Positions 30,809 through 41,713 of a DNA stretch of 64,000 bases are shown one piece after another. The stretch is from positions 3,257 to 67,256 of the forward strand of contig CAZWQV010000004.1 of the NCBI GenBank assembly GCA_964636235.1, given 5' to 3'. This DNA comes from an uncultured Thermoplasmatales archaeon (lineage in GTDB: Archaea; Thermoplasmatota; E2; DHVEG-1). The translations under genes were made by a program, and so were the position numbers. Each line of letters opens with the position of its first letter. Position 1 is the stretch's first letter. The notes beneath the pieces are model-generated. The model was not told where the DNA came from, made no database searches, and saw nothing but the letters and a program-made list of their open reading frames with translations.

Positions 30809-32119
30809 ATGTCTGATGTTCCAATTGTGACAATAAGGGAAATATTACAAGGATCTTTTACAGATAAAGAAGTTATAATCAGAGGATGGATTTATCGAAC
30901 GAGAAGTAGTGGAAATATCGTTTTTACGGTGATAAGGGATGCATCTGGCACGATTCAAGCGACAATGAAACGAGGAAATTTACCTGATGATGCATTTGAA
31001 GACATAAAGAAAGCCTTGGTTGAATCCTCTGTAATTATTAAAGGAAAAGTAGTAGAGGATAATAGAGCTCCTAATGGATTTGAAATCAGGGTTTTTGATT
31101 GTGAGATCGTGCAATTTGCTGATGTGTTTCCCATCGTTGAAGATCAAAGTGCTGAGTTTTTATTAGATCAAAGGCATTTATGGATCCGATCTCAAAAACT
31201 GAATGCAATTTTGAAGATAAGATCAACAGTTACCGGTGCAATTCATGAATTCTTTAGAAACAAAGGATTTTTTGAATTTACTGCACCAGTGTTGCAGCCT
31301 AACCAATGTGAAGGAGGATCCACATTATTTGAAGTTAAATATTATAATCAAAAAACCTATCTTTCACAAAGTTGGCAATTATATGCGGAAGCTGCTATTT
31401 TTTCTCTTGAAAAAATTTACAATATTGGTCCTACCTTTCGAGCTGAGAAATCGAAAACATCCCGTCATTTATCTGAATTCTGGATGGCGGAAATGGAAGC
31501 TGCATGGATAGGGCTTGAAGAATTAATAACCATTGCAAAAGAAGAAATTCATTTTATTATTAAAAAAGTACTTGAAAACAATCAATTTGAATTAAACGTA
31601 TTAAAGCAGGATATTGAAAAATTACAAACACTTTCAATTAAACCAATTCCAACTATTACCTATGATGAGGCTATCGATATTTTAAACGAAAAAGAACACA
31701 TGAATGTGGAATGGGGAAAAGATTTACGTACGATTGAAGAAAATAAATTAATGAATCATTTTAGCACTCCAGTTGTTGTTACAAATTATCCATTAGAGAT
31801 TATGGCTTTTTATAAACCAGTTGATCCAGGAAAACCAAATACTGCATTATGTTTTGACATGATTGCCCCCAAAGGATATGGTGAAATTATTGGAGGCTCC
31901 CAACGAAGTACTGATATTGCATATATGAAACAACGTTTATTAGATCAAGGAGAAAAAATTGAAAATTATGAGTGGTATTTCGATTTACGAAGATATGGAT
32001 CAGTACCACATGCAGGATATGGTCTAGGTGTGGAACGATTGCTTGCTTGGATCTGCAATCTTGATAATATTAAAGATGCCATTCCTTTTCCACGTACACT
32101 AACTCGTTTTGCTCCATAG
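30809..32119 (+). CDS. asnS: Asparagine--tRNA ligase
   Basis: N-terminal OB fold; class II motifs; FRAEKSKTSRHLSEFWMAEME (AsnRS-type motif 2); C-terminal GYGLGVERL. Confidence 0.75.
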   Translation: MSDVPIVTIREILQGSFTDKEVIIRGWIYRTRSSGNIVFTVIRDASGTIQATMKRGNLPDDAFEDIKKALVESSVIIKGKVVEDNRAPNGFEIRVFDCEIVQFADVFPIVEDQSAEFLLDQRHLWIRSQKLNAILKIRSTVTGAIHEFFRNKGFFEFTAPVLQPNQCEGGSTLFEVKYYNQKTYLSQSWQLYAEAAIFSLEKIYNIGPTFRAEKSKTSRHLSEFWMAEMEAAWIGLEELITIAKEEIHFIIKKVLENNQFELNVLKQDIEKLQTLSIKPIPTITYDEAIDILNEKEHMNVEWGKDLRTIEENKLMNHFSTPVVVTNYPLEIMAFYKPVDPGKPNTALCFDMIAPKGYGEIIGGSQRSTDIAYMKQRLLDQGEKIENYEWYFDLRRYGSVPHAGYGLGVERLLAWICNLDNIKDAIPFPRTLTRFAP

Positions 32120-32130
32120 GTGAAATTTGA

Positions 32131-32406
32131 ATGAAAAAAACGGTTCATGTATTAATATCAGGAAAGGTGCAAGGAGTTTGGTTTCGAGCAACCATGAAAC
32201 AAGAAGCAGAGAAACGATCTATTGTTGGTTGGGTTCGAAATACTGTTGATGGGAAGGTTGAAGCAGTTATTCAAGGTGATGATTATCATGTTGAGGATAT
32301 GATTAAATGGTGTTATGACGGTTCTTCGTTAAGTAGAGTAGATGATGTTCAAGTCTCTTCTTTAGATAATACGGAACATTACCAGGGATTTAAGGTTCGC
32401 TATTAA
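32131..32406 (+). CDS. acyP: Acylphosphatase
   Basis: 91 aa with the VxGxVQGVxFR signature (ISGKVQGVWFRA). Confidence 0.8.
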   Translation: MKKTVHVLISGKVQGVWFRATMKQEAEKRSIVGWVRNTVDGKVEAVIQGDDYHVEDMIKWCYDGSSLSRVDDVQVSSLDNTEHYQGFKVRY

Positions 32407-32407
32407 A

Positions 32408-32659
32408 TCATATTTTTTTTCTATCAAAAAGAATGGTGTTGTTAAGTTTAATTTTAAAAATTCGATGATGTGGTATGGTTGCATCATTGGTTTGTAAAAA
32501 AGTTTTGTCAATTGAAATAATTTCTTTTCCAGTTATTATTTTTGTATTGTTTTGTGCTCCTCGATGAATATACCAGATTTCAACATCCTCTAGGTTTTTT
32601 TGATTCCATTTTAATTCATTAAGTATCTCTCTTATTTTATTCATGTCAGATTCAGCCAT
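32408..32659 (-). CDS. Small conserved hypothetical protein (possibly MJ1316/DUF504-like)
   Basis: 83 aa with IWYIHRG and IPHHRIFKI motifs. Overlaps the start of the downstream MBL gene by 8 nt (coupled). Family assignment tentative. Confidence 0.3.
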   Translation of the reverse strand: MAESDMNKIREILNELKWNQKNLEDVEIWYIHRGAQNNTKIITGKEIISIDKTFLQTNDATIPHHRIFKIKLNNTILFDRKKI

Positions 32660-33386
32660 ACATTTTAATATTTTGATAGGATGATCTTATATGTAAATTA
32701 CCTTCTCCTTCAACGATATTTTCATGGCCAGGATATAAATTCTGGATATCATATGTTGTTAATTTTTTAATTGAGTTGATTAATTGCTGAGTACTTCCTC
32801 CTGGAAAATCAGTTCGTCCAAAGGATCCATTTGAAAAGACCGTATCGCCTGAAAATAATGTTTTATTTTCCTTGTTATATAAACAAATGCAACCTGGCGT
32901 GTGACCTGGGGTATGAATGCAAAGATATGAATCATCTCCAATAATTAATTGTTCTTCACCTTTGAGTTTTTGATCAACAGAAATTTTTGGCATTTTCCCA
33001 CCAAGCATGTGAGCAAAAATACTTACGCCGCGCTCTATTTTTTCTGATGCTAATTGATGGGCAAAAATTTCTGGTCGGGAACCAATCATTTCAATCATTT
33101 TTTTTCCCCCTCCACAATGATCGTAATGTTCATGAGTTAGAATAATTTGTTGAATGGTTGAAGGATCAACAATCTTTCTAATTTGTGATTCAATACGTTG
33201 ATGAAAAAGCCCTGTTCCACAATCAATAATTGTAGATTTCCTTCCTGTTACCAAATAAACATTTGAGTCATATTTATATCCTTGAATTACATAGATGGTC
33301 ATATAATTGAGACTGATAATTTCACCACTACATAAGAATATCGGAACAATAGATATTTTATTTTTTAATATTAAGCATACTGGCAC
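32652..33386 (-). CDS. Metallo-beta-lactamase fold hydrolase
   Basis: THEHYDHCGG (HxHxDH) motif and a downstream His/Asp pattern. Confidence 0.65.
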   Translation of the reverse strand: MPVCLILKNKISIVPIFLCSGEIISLNYMTIYVIQGYKYDSNVYLVTGRKSTIIDCGTGLFHQRIESQIRKIVDPSTIQQIILTHEHYDHCGGGKKMIEMIGSRPEIFAHQLASEKIERGVSIFAHMLGGKMPKISVDQKLKGEEQLIIGDDSYLCIHTPGHTPGCICLYNKENKTLFSGDTVFSNGSFGRTDFPGGSTQQLINSIKKLTTYDIQNLYPGHENIVEGEGNLHIRSSYQNIKMYG

Positions 33387-33452
33387 CGTTTATTTTATTA
33401 TATTTCGCTACATTTATATTCTATTATCTAATAATGATTTTGGGATGATGGG

Positions 33453-33725
33453 ATGCAGGAAAATAAGTTAATATTTGGCAGAAGGATAAAAGTTAGATTG
33501 TTTTTTGCCTTGTGTTCAATTATTATTGTATTATTTGTACCAACATATGAGGTATTTGTTTTTGAACATGCAGGTTCATTTATTAAAATGACAATTTCAA
33601 TGATTTCTTTTATCTTATTTTGGATAATTTCATTTAATGTTCTTTCACGATGGTATTTAACAGATGATGAATTTGAAAAAACTCTTATCAATTCTCTGGA
33701 TAAAGAGACAATTACAAGATCCTGA
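33453..33725 (+). CDS. Hypothetical small membrane protein
   Basis: 90 aa with two predicted TM helices. The overlapping antisense ORF is less plausible. Confidence 0.25.
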   Translation: MQENKLIFGRRIKVRLFFALCSIIIVLFVPTYEVFVFEHAGSFIKMTISMISFILFWIISFNVLSRWYLTDDEFEKTLINSLDKETITRS

Positions 33726-33859
33726 TCTATTGGTAAATTGATTAAATTAAATATAATGTCAAAATTTGAATATAAATAATTATATAGATTAATTTTATTT
33801 TTTCCAAAAGTTATTTATTTCATTTTGCTATATGTTTTTCTATTGGGGAGGCCCAAAAG

Positions 33860-35452
33860 ATGGAAAGAAGATGGATTATTCCGCTCATATGTTTAGGTTT
33901 GACGATAGCGTTATTTCAGGCAATAGCTGCTGAAGAGTATTCTGTTACATGTTCCCCAGAGGTTAATTTACCTGGGGAAATTATTCAATTTATGGTAGTT
34001 GAGGGAGTAGATAGCTACTTTGATATAACCATTAATACACCCGAAGGTGATCTAACAAATGGACCATATAATGGATGGTGCGTAGAAAAAAATGAACAAA
34101 TGTCTCGAAATGTAAATCACACTGCCCATGTCTATTCAAGCTATGATATAAACATGCCAGCTTTTTTCAAAGATGTTGGTGGGATTGAACGTTGGCATAA
34201 AATAAATTATCTTCTCAATAATATTGATTATATTCTTGCTCAAATAGATAATCAAGCAGGTAATGAGACCTGTGATGTAAATAAACATGATATTCAGGAT
34301 ACAATATGGAATATCTGTTGTGGAATATCTTATGAAGATGTAACACCCTGCGCTCAATTAATCATTGATTATTTATCAAATGAATCAAATCAGGAAGAAA
34401 TTTATGCATATTGCCCTCAAATTGGAGATGTACTTGTTGTATTAATTGATACTCAATCTGATGAAGTTCAGGTGCAACATACAATTTTTGAGCTACCCAT
34501 TGTGGAACATGAAGATGACGACGATAATGATGAACCACCAACAAATTTAGGAAGACCTGGGGGAATAGTCCTTAGTGGCAATGCACCACCAACTGCAGAT
34601 GGTTCAAAGGGATCTCCCTACCAAGGTGTTGTTGATGAAACAATAACCTTTGATGGTTCATTAAGTTATGATAGTGATGGAGATGTTGTTGAATGGTACT
34701 GGGATTTCGGTGATGATTCAACTAAGGTTGGAGAAATAGTTACACATGTTTATGATCAGCCAGGTATTTATACGGTTATATTACGGGTAACTGATAATGA
34801 CGGTTCAACAGATTCCTATGCAACATCTGCTGAGATATTACAACCAAATAGGGCTCCCAATATGCCAAATGTTACAGGAAAAACGAATTGTGATCTATCA
34901 AAAAATTATATATATAAAGCAGTATCAACTGATCCTGATAATGATACCATTCGATATATTTTTGAATGGGGTGATGGGGGAAGTAATACGATTTCAAGTT
35001 TCGTTGAAAATAATTCTACAGTTACTATCAATAAAATTTGGAATAAGGCAGGATTATTTTTACTGAAGGTGCTTGCGGAGGATGAATTTAATGTTCCTTC
35101 AGATACTTTTCAGACCTATGTTTTTGTGGATGTTGATGTTGTGTTTCTTGATGAACAACTCAATGGATATCTTCTTGATTTTGGGCGGGATGGTAACTAT
35201 GAGTCTTTTCATAATAATGAAACAGGGGAAGATATTTCATTAGGCAAAAATGATAAAGGTTTGATACTAATAGATAGTGATGATGATGGAGAATGGAATT
35301 GGTTTTATGGTGAAACAGCGGGTCTGCAAGTCTATTCATCTTCCTCTGAAAATCAACAACAATCTGAACTTCCAGTTCAATATTTGGCAATTATAGGTAT
35401 TATGGTAATTATAGCAATTATCTTCCTTGTGTTTATGATTAAAAGAAGATAA
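33860..35452 (+). CDS. Surface protein, PKD-domain family member A (signal peptide, Cys-containing N-domain, 2 PKD domains, DxDG-rich C-module, TM + basic tail)
   Basis: GGGGAGG SD 8 nt upstream. PKD signatures WYWDFGDDS, DNDTIRYIFEWGDG; C-terminal LLDFGRDG...IDSDDDGEWN; ends ...IIAIIFLVFMIKRR. Paralogous to 57436..58947. Confidence 0.7.
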   Translation: MERRWIIPLICLGLTIALFQAIAAEEYSVTCSPEVNLPGEIIQFMVVEGVDSYFDITINTPEGDLTNGPYNGWCVEKNEQMSRNVNHTAHVYSSYDINMPAFFKDVGGIERWHKINYLLNNIDYILAQIDNQAGNETCDVNKHDIQDTIWNICCGISYEDVTPCAQLIIDYLSNESNQEEIYAYCPQIGDVLVVLIDTQSDEVQVQHTIFELPIVEHEDDDDNDEPPTNLGRPGGIVLSGNAPPTADGSKGSPYQGVVDETITFDGSLSYDSDGDVVEWYWDFGDDSTKVGEIVTHVYDQPGIYTVILRVTDNDGSTDSYATSAEILQPNRAPNMPNVTGKTNCDLSKNYIYKAVSTDPDNDTIRYIFEWGDGGSNTISSFVENNSTVTINKIWNKAGLFLLKVLAEDEFNVPSDTFQTYVFVDVDVVFLDEQLNGYLLDFGRDGNYESFHNNETGEDISLGKNDKGLILIDSDDDGEWNWFYGETAGLQVYSSSSENQQQSELPVQYLAIIGIMVIIAIIFLVFMIKRR

Positions 35453-35538
35453 TCAATCTTTTTCTTTATAATAAAAAAAGCTATTTATGTAAAAGAATGA
35501 TGTCACTTATACAGTTTAAAATATTATAATGAAATTAA

Positions 35539-35934
35539 TTGGAGACCCACTATACTATGCCTGGATTTCTTCCACACTTTATCATGGGAAATGTTTTCTT
35601 TTTTATTGGTTGGCAATATCTGAAAAATTTTTCTAATGAAACATATTATGGAAGAGATTATTTATTACTTTATATCGTATGTATTTTCGGAAGTATAATA
35701 CCAGATTTTCCTTTAGGTTTGTATTATCTTTTTGGTATTAGTTCATTCACAACATTGTTGAGATATCATGTTATTTTGCATTTAATAATAAGCCCTTTGG
35801 CTGTAATTTCTTTCATTATCTTAAATAGTGTTAGTAATAGTCGATCAAAGCCAATCTGGCTCTTTGGTGTGATATGCGTCATTGTCCATGTGTTGATGGA
35901 TGCAACTATTGAAGAAATGGGGGTTTGGATTTAG
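35539..35934 (+). CDS. Membrane-bound metal-dependent hydrolase-like protein (DUF457/YdjM-like), tentative
   Basis: Four TM helices with conserved His/Asp (HVLMD). Confidence 0.3.
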   Translation: METHYTMPGFLPHFIMGNVFFFIGWQYLKNFSNETYYGRDYLLLYIVCIFGSIIPDFPLGLYYLFGISSFTTLLRYHVILHLIISPLAVISFIILNSVSNSRSKPIWLFGVICVIVHVLMDATIEEMGVWI

Positions 35935-36101
35935 CGATTAAATGAATCAATAATTTAGTTCTAAATGGATATAATTAATATATATTTTTGATAAAATATC
36001 ATTTCATCTTTTTTTCACCATCTTTTTAAATACTTTTTTTCAAAAAATATTGGTAGAAGATGGTCTAATAATTGCTCTTCCATCTATATGGAGAAATCAC
36101 C

Positions 36102-36329
36102 ATGATTGAATCGAAAAGAAGAAATGAAAAGGCGGGTTTTATAATTAAGCTATTAATTGGTATTAGTACAATTGGAATAATCTACTTATTGCAATATGCT
36201 TCCTTTTCTCAGTTCTCATATGATTCCTCCCTTTTTCAAAGTGCATTTTACTCGTTATTAATGTTATTATTTTGGATTGGCGCAGGTTGGATATTAAGAA
36301 AACCATCACATTCAATAAAAACTGAATAA
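36102..36329 (+). CDS. Hypothetical small membrane protein
   Basis: GGAG SD 8 nt before the ATG at 36102. Two TM helices. Confidence 0.3.
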   Translation: MIESKRRNEKAGFIIKLLIGISTIGIIYLLQYASFSQFSYDSSLFQSAFYSLLMLLFWIGAGWILRKPSHSIKTE

Positions 36330-36455
36330 GATTTGTAAATCAGTACAAAATAATAAATATGTTAGGTTTTTTGTAGGTAAGTAATTTTTCTTCTATTCTA
36401 ATTGGAGGGTAATATTTTTATACATATGTTGCTTCCCTTCTTCAGGAGGCAATTG

Positions 36456-37403
36456 ATGAAAGATTCTCATATTCTTGTTACTGGGGGAGCAGGTTTTATT
36501 GGTTCAAATTTAGTTCAAAGACTTGTTGAACAACAAAACAAAGTTGTGGTTATTGATAATCTTTCCACTGGAAAATTGCATAATATTAAACCTTTCATAG
36601 ATGATCAATCCATTCAATTTATAAAAGGAGATATTACCAATTATTCAAGGGTATTAGAAACAATAGAAAAATATAATATAACGCATATTTTTCATTTGGC
36701 TGCGCAGGTAAGTGTTCCATTAAGTGTGGAAAGGCCAAGAGACACACATGAGATTAATGTGAATGGAACCGTTAACGTGTTGCAAGCAGCAAAAAATCAA
36801 CATGTCCAAAAAGTAGTATTTAGTAGTTCATGTGCAGTTTATGGAAATAACAACCAGGAAAATGCAATAAAAGAAACTGATGTAACTCAACCATTAAATC
36901 CCTATTCATTAAGTAAACTTATAGGTGAACAATATTGCTCTCTTTATTCTTATTGTTTCAATCTACCTTGTGTATCATTACGATATTTTAATGTCTATGG
37001 TCCTAAACAAGATCCAGATGGAGAATACGCTGCAGTCATTCCGAAATTTATAGATAGGTTACAATCTAAACATGCACCAATTATTTATGGCAATGGGGAT
37101 CAAACAAGGGATTTTGTCTATATTGATGATGTTGTAAATGCAAATTTATTAGCTGCAGAGAAAGATATACAAGGAATTTTTAATATCGCAACAGGCAAAC
37201 AAACTTCTATTAGAGAACTTGCCCTAACAATCATGAGAGAAATGGATGATTTTTACGATCCTGTTTACATGAATCCTCGATTATGTGAGATATATCATTC
37301 TATTGCAAACATTTCAAAGGCATCAATAGAGATTTCATATGAGATTACCCATCCTCTGGATAAAGGGATAAGGAAGACAATTGAATGGTTTAATAAAAAT
37401 TAA
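36456..37403 (+). CDS. NAD-dependent nucleotide-sugar epimerase/dehydratase (UDP-sugar 4-epimerase-like SDR)
   Basis: GGAGG SD 6 nt before the ATG at 36456. TGGAGFIGS Rossmann motif and a YxxxK catalytic dyad (YSLSK). Confidence 0.75.
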   Translation: MKDSHILVTGGAGFIGSNLVQRLVEQQNKVVVIDNLSTGKLHNIKPFIDDQSIQFIKGDITNYSRVLETIEKYNITHIFHLAAQVSVPLSVERPRDTHEINVNGTVNVLQAAKNQHVQKVVFSSSCAVYGNNNQENAIKETDVTQPLNPYSLSKLIGEQYCSLYSYCFNLPCVSLRYFNVYGPKQDPDGEYAAVIPKFIDRLQSKHAPIIYGNGDQTRDFVYIDDVVNANLLAAEKDIQGIFNIATGKQTSIRELALTIMREMDDFYDPVYMNPRLCEIYHSIANISKASIEISYEITHPLDKGIRKTIEWFNKN

Positions 37404-37487
37404 TTACAAATAAATTATAATAAAGTATATATTCATATAATGAATTGATAGCTTATCCGGTATCATCAATAATAATTCAGATTACTA

Positions 37488-38306
37488 ATGAATCCCTGGT
37501 GGGGGATAAAAAAGGTGTGGAATCAATCAAATAAAATTCAACGACATTTACCCATCCAAATTCTTGGAATTATTCTTACCTGCGTTGGAATTATGCTTCT
37601 AATAAATCCCACAAATTTACTGGTGAAAATAAGTTTCGGTCTGATTATAATTGGAACATTTATGATAGTTATGACTGCGGGAAATTACATTCCAAAACAA
37701 ACAAGCGATTCAAAGATTAAAGGAAATATGATTCCTATTTATAAATTAATTATTCAATTGAAATTAAAAGGCAATGCCGTCTTTATCCCAATCTCAAAAA
37801 AGCTCAATGAAGAAAGGATTTTTATTTCCCCTAATGAAAAAGGTAACATTCGCATTCCTGATATTAAAAATGATAAGGTCATTTTATATGACAAAAATGG
37901 GGAAATTTTAGGCATTGCTCTTCCTCCATCAGGTTTATCCTTATTAGATGAAATAGATAAAGAAAAGGATTTTGATAAAAATAATTTAAAACATATTGAA
38001 ATGAACCTAAAAAAATTCGTTGGTATTGATTTAATCAAATCTGTTTCCCTAATGAAAACAATAGTTGGATACAAACTTGAAATTATCCTAAATAATCCTG
38101 AATTTTGTTTTAAAAATCAGCGTTTATGCAGACAATATCCCTGTCCAACATGTAGTGCTGTTTTAACTGCAATATCCCGGTCAACTGTATCAACAAAAAA
38201 AAGATTATGGATAAAAAATATTCAACGAAGGGGTAATTCAGTAGTTTATTATCTTAATTTTATCGATCAAAATACTGGAAATGAGGGAGAATATGTTGAT
38301 AACTGA
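37488..38306 (+). CDS. Hypothetical membrane protein with C-terminal Cys cluster
   Basis: Two N-terminal TM helices, a soluble domain, and CRQYPCPTC near the C-terminus. Confidence 0.35.
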   Translation: MNPWWGIKKVWNQSNKIQRHLPIQILGIILTCVGIMLLINPTNLLVKISFGLIIIGTFMIVMTAGNYIPKQTSDSKIKGNMIPIYKLIIQLKLKGNAVFIPISKKLNEERIFISPNEKGNIRIPDIKNDKVILYDKNGEILGIALPPSGLSLLDEIDKEKDFDKNNLKHIEMNLKKFVGIDLIKSVSLMKTIVGYKLEIILNNPEFCFKNQRLCRQYPCPTCSAVLTAISRSTVSTKKRLWIKNIQRRGNSVVYYLNFIDQNTGNEGEYVDN

Positions 38307-38541
38307 GAAAATCATTTTATTTATGTGCATATGGATTTCGGTAAGTTTGTTGATTACAAATGAATTACAATTTGAAATTTTCTTAATCCTTATTCTTATT
38401 GGTTTTGTAATTATTAAAGAAATTACTAATCCTTTTATTGTAGGAAAAATAAAATTTAAATTAAATTTCTTTATTTTGATTTTTTTAATAGTATTCAGTC
38501 TCGTTATATTTAATAGAATTATTGGCTACGTAACAAGTTAA
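38281..38541 (+). CDS. Hypothetical small membrane protein
   Basis: 86 aa, three hydrophobic segments. Confidence 0.25.
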   Translation: MRENMLITEKIILFMCIWISVSLLITNELQFEIFLILILIGFVIIKEITNPFIVGKIKFKLNFFILIFLIVFSLVIFNRIIGYVTS

Positions 38542-38558
38542 AAGGATTTAGATCAATT

Positions 38559-39560
38559 ATGACAGAACATCGATTACTTCCATGGCATATTATTCTTTGT
38601 TTTGGATGGTGCATCTTCTATTATATTTTATACCTATTCAATGGAAGCACTCTTCGGATCCTTTTTGGAATACCCTTTCTTTTTTTCATTCCTGGTTTTC
38701 TATTTATATTAAGTTTATTTCCTTCATCCCGCATTGATAAAAAAATAAATTTGTTTGAAAGGTTGGTACTAAGCATTGTTTTTTCTTTGGCCATTGTTTC
38801 TCTTATTGGTATTGGTCTAAATTTTACTCAATTAACCCTATCTCTTTTTTGGTTTGCAACGTTTCTCCTTGGGTTTAATATCTCTTTTAGTATTATTTCA
38901 TTATTGAGATGGTATCAACAAAAACCTACTGAAAGATTTATCATAATTTTACCGAAAAAAATTAAAAAAGTACGAAAACCGTTTGAATCTGTGTTAAATA
39001 TTATTCTTTTCCTAGTTGCTCTTTCTACCTTTATCGTGATAATTTATGTTACTATTTCTTCGTTTGTATTGTTATCTGAAAGAGGCGAATTTTTTACTGA
39101 ATTTTATATACTTGGAGAAGGAAAAAATGCAAACAACTATCCTAAAAATATTACCGTTGGAATCCCTCAGTCATTAACAATTGGTATTACAAATTATGAA
39201 AAGGAAGCGATGGATTATACTATTGAAGTATGGTTAATTAATCAAAGTACAGATTCTGATCAAAATCAAAACAATACTCATTCTATATATTATGAGATGT
39301 ATTTTCTTAAAAAAATAGAAGTATTTTTGCCTGTATACACACTAGAAGTTGAAAACTTATCAAATCCACAGTGGCAATATCAATATCAATTCAATATCAG
39401 CAATTTATCTGGTCGATATAAAATGCAATTTCTCCTATATGATCATTCCACGGATGATTATTATAAGGATAAAAACTATTATTATATAGCAGATGAAAAG
39501 ATTGGTACTGCCTATCGATCTTTACATCTATGGATGAATATTATTGATGATTCATTATAA
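38559..39560 (+). CDS. Membrane protein of archaeal glycosylation clusters (DUF1616-like), tentative
   Basis: N-terminal multi-TM region then an extracytoplasmic domain with several N-x-S/T sequons. Confidence 0.35.
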   Translation: MTEHRLLPWHIILCFGWCIFYYILYLFNGSTLRILFGIPFLFFIPGFLFILSLFPSSRIDKKINLFERLVLSIVFSLAIVSLIGIGLNFTQLTLSLFWFATFLLGFNISFSIISLLRWYQQKPTERFIIILPKKIKKVRKPFESVLNIILFLVALSTFIVIIYVTISSFVLLSERGEFFTEFYILGEGKNANNYPKNITVGIPQSLTIGITNYEKEAMDYTIEVWLINQSTDSDQNQNNTHSIYYEMYFLKKIEVFLPVYTLEVENLSNPQWQYQYQFNISNLSGRYKMQFLLYDHSTDDYYKDKNYYYIADEKIGTAYRSLHLWMNIIDDSL

Positions 39561-39584
39561 TTTAATTAGAAAGAGGATTAAGAC

Positions 39585-40562
39585 GTGAATAAAAATATTG
39601 TTTTTTTAGCAAAATTACCTGACACTTTATTGTCTTGGTTATCTCTTCAAATTTTTCGTGAAAAACCGTCCTTGATTATTTTCACCCTACATGGATTATT
39701 TCAAAATGAAAAAGAGATGCTTTTAAATCATGTTGATCCACAATTGGGTATTACTTTACATCATTTCGAACAATTTATTCGCTATTTTTTACAATCGGAT
39801 TATCAATTTATTTCACCAATTGATCTTAATAATGGTTTAGATCCAGAAAAATATTATATCATGCTTACCTTCGACGATGGCTATTATAATAATACTTATG
39901 CTCTAAAATATCTTAAAAAATATCAAATTCCTGCTTCATTTTTTATATCTATGGATCATATATTAAATCAAAAATGTTTCTGGTGGGATGTTCATTATAG
40001 ACGGAGAAAACAACAAGGATTTTCTACCTCTCAGATTCTTATTGAGCAAGATCAATTGAAATCATTATCAAATGCATCTATTGAAAAAAAGCTTATCAGT
40101 TGGTTTGGCAAAGATGCTTTTCATTCATTTGGGAATATTGATAGACCTTTTTCAATAGAAGAATTAAAATCTTTCGCTGCAGAACCTTTGGTTCATATTG
40201 GAAATCATACCAAAGACCATTCGATTTTGACGAATTTAACTGAACAGGAAATTAAAAATCAAATAGTAATAACTCAAGATTTCCTAAAAGAAATAACAGG
40301 TGGTTATCCAATAATGATTTCCTATCCAAATGGTAATTATTCTGAAAAAATAATATCAATTTCAAATAAGGCAGGGTTGAAAATAGCTTTTACAACAGAT
40401 GAAAGGAAAAACTATATGCCTTTCCAGAATATTTCATCAACAAAGTTACTGCATCGATTTGATTTAACAGAGAATGATATAATACTTCGTCAATGTATGT
40501 TATCTAGATCTGACATAGTACTTTATAGACTGTTGATTAAATTAATAAAAAGAAAATATTAA
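39585..40562 (+). CDS. Polysaccharide deacetylase (NodB homology domain)
   Basis: NodB motifs TFDDGY and ...H... Typical of glycan clusters. Confidence 0.6.
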   Translation: MNKNIVFLAKLPDTLLSWLSLQIFREKPSLIIFTLHGLFQNEKEMLLNHVDPQLGITLHHFEQFIRYFLQSDYQFISPIDLNNGLDPEKYYIMLTFDDGYYNNTYALKYLKKYQIPASFFISMDHILNQKCFWWDVHYRRRKQQGFSTSQILIEQDQLKSLSNASIEKKLISWFGKDAFHSFGNIDRPFSIEELKSFAAEPLVHIGNHTKDHSILTNLTEQEIKNQIVITQDFLKEITGGYPIMISYPNGNYSEKIISISNKAGLKIAFTTDERKNYMPFQNISSTKLLHRFDLTENDIILRQCMLSRSDIVLYRLLIKLIKRKY

Positions 40563-40789
40563 TTTAATATTATATTAAATTATTAAAAATCATATAAAAA
40601 AATAATTCTAATTTATATAGTAATTTGCTATATTTTTACTTCATATGATTAAAATATTATTTTTGGAAATAGGGTTTTTTTGTGAAATGAAAAGGGTATT
40701 GTATATAAATTAGAATAAATCTCAATTACTTCTCTGTTTATTAACATAAAAATTTAAATATTTAATACTGTTTTACAGTAGTAGATGGC

Positions 40790-41713
40790 ATGGAATTGGG
40801 GGAGAATTTAGATATTTCTACCAACAACAAGCGCACATTGGCTGCTATTCCTTGCTTCAATGAGGCAACCTCAATTGGGAGTGTTATACTTAAGGCAAAA
40901 CGCTATGTCGATGAAGTGCTTGTTGTTGATGATGGAAGTACAGACGACTCATCAGAAATTGCCCTTTATGCAGGTGCAAGTGTTTTAAAACACGAAAAAA
41001 ATAGAGGTTATGGAGCAGTTATTCAGAGTTGTTTTAAATATGCTCGTGAACATAATTTTGATGTAATGGCAATTATTGATGGTGATGGACAACATGAAGC
41101 TGATGAATTACGAACGGTTATGAAACCGGTACTTGATAACAATATTGATATATCCATTGGGTCTCGATTTGTTGAAAATAATGGGAAAAATATCCCTAAA
41201 TATAGGCGTTTTGGAATAAATGTATTAACCAAAATAACCAATGCAGGTTCGAGTGCTTCTCATAAAATATCCGATGGGCAGAGTGGATTCCGGGCATATT
41301 CAAAAAGAGCGATTGGTACTCTAAATCCGAAGGATAATGATATGGGAGTTTCTGCTGAAATTATTATGCAAGGAAGAAAAAAACAATTATCATATGCAGA
41401 GGTACCAATTTCATGTCGGTATGATCTTAATGGTTCAACCAAAAATCCCGTTGGTCATGGGATTGGAGTCATATTGTCAATCGTAAAATATATGGAAGTA
41501 GAACATTCATTGTTATTTTTTGGTGTTCCTGGATTAATATTGTTTGCTCTTGGTTTGCTTGTGGGTTTCAATGTATATTCGAGCTATTATGGAACCGGTG
41601 AACTTGCTATTGGAAATGCTTTGATTACTATTGTTCTTATTATCGTGGGATCTCTTTCAGGAATGACAGGATTGGTTTTACATGCTGTTATTAATGCAAA
41701 CCGCAGATCATAA
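40790..41713 (+). CDS. Dolichyl-phosphate hexose synthase-like GT2 glycosyltransferase (AglD/AglJ/DPM1-like) with C-terminal TM anchor
   Basis: AIPCFNEATSIG...VVDDGSTDDS, a DGDGQH (DxD) motif, and a C-terminal TM hairpin. Confidence 0.7.
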   Translation: MELGENLDISTNNKRTLAAIPCFNEATSIGSVILKAKRYVDEVLVVDDGSTDDSSEIALYAGASVLKHEKNRGYGAVIQSCFKYAREHNFDVMAIIDGDGQHEADELRTVMKPVLDNNIDISIGSRFVENNGKNIPKYRRFGINVLTKITNAGSSASHKISDGQSGFRAYSKRAIGTLNPKDNDMGVSAEIIMQGRKKQLSYAEVPISCRYDLNGSTKNPVGHGIGVILSIVKYMEVEHSLLFFGVPGLILFALGLLVGFNVYSSYYGTGELAIGNALITIVLIIVGSLSGMTGLVLHAVINANRRS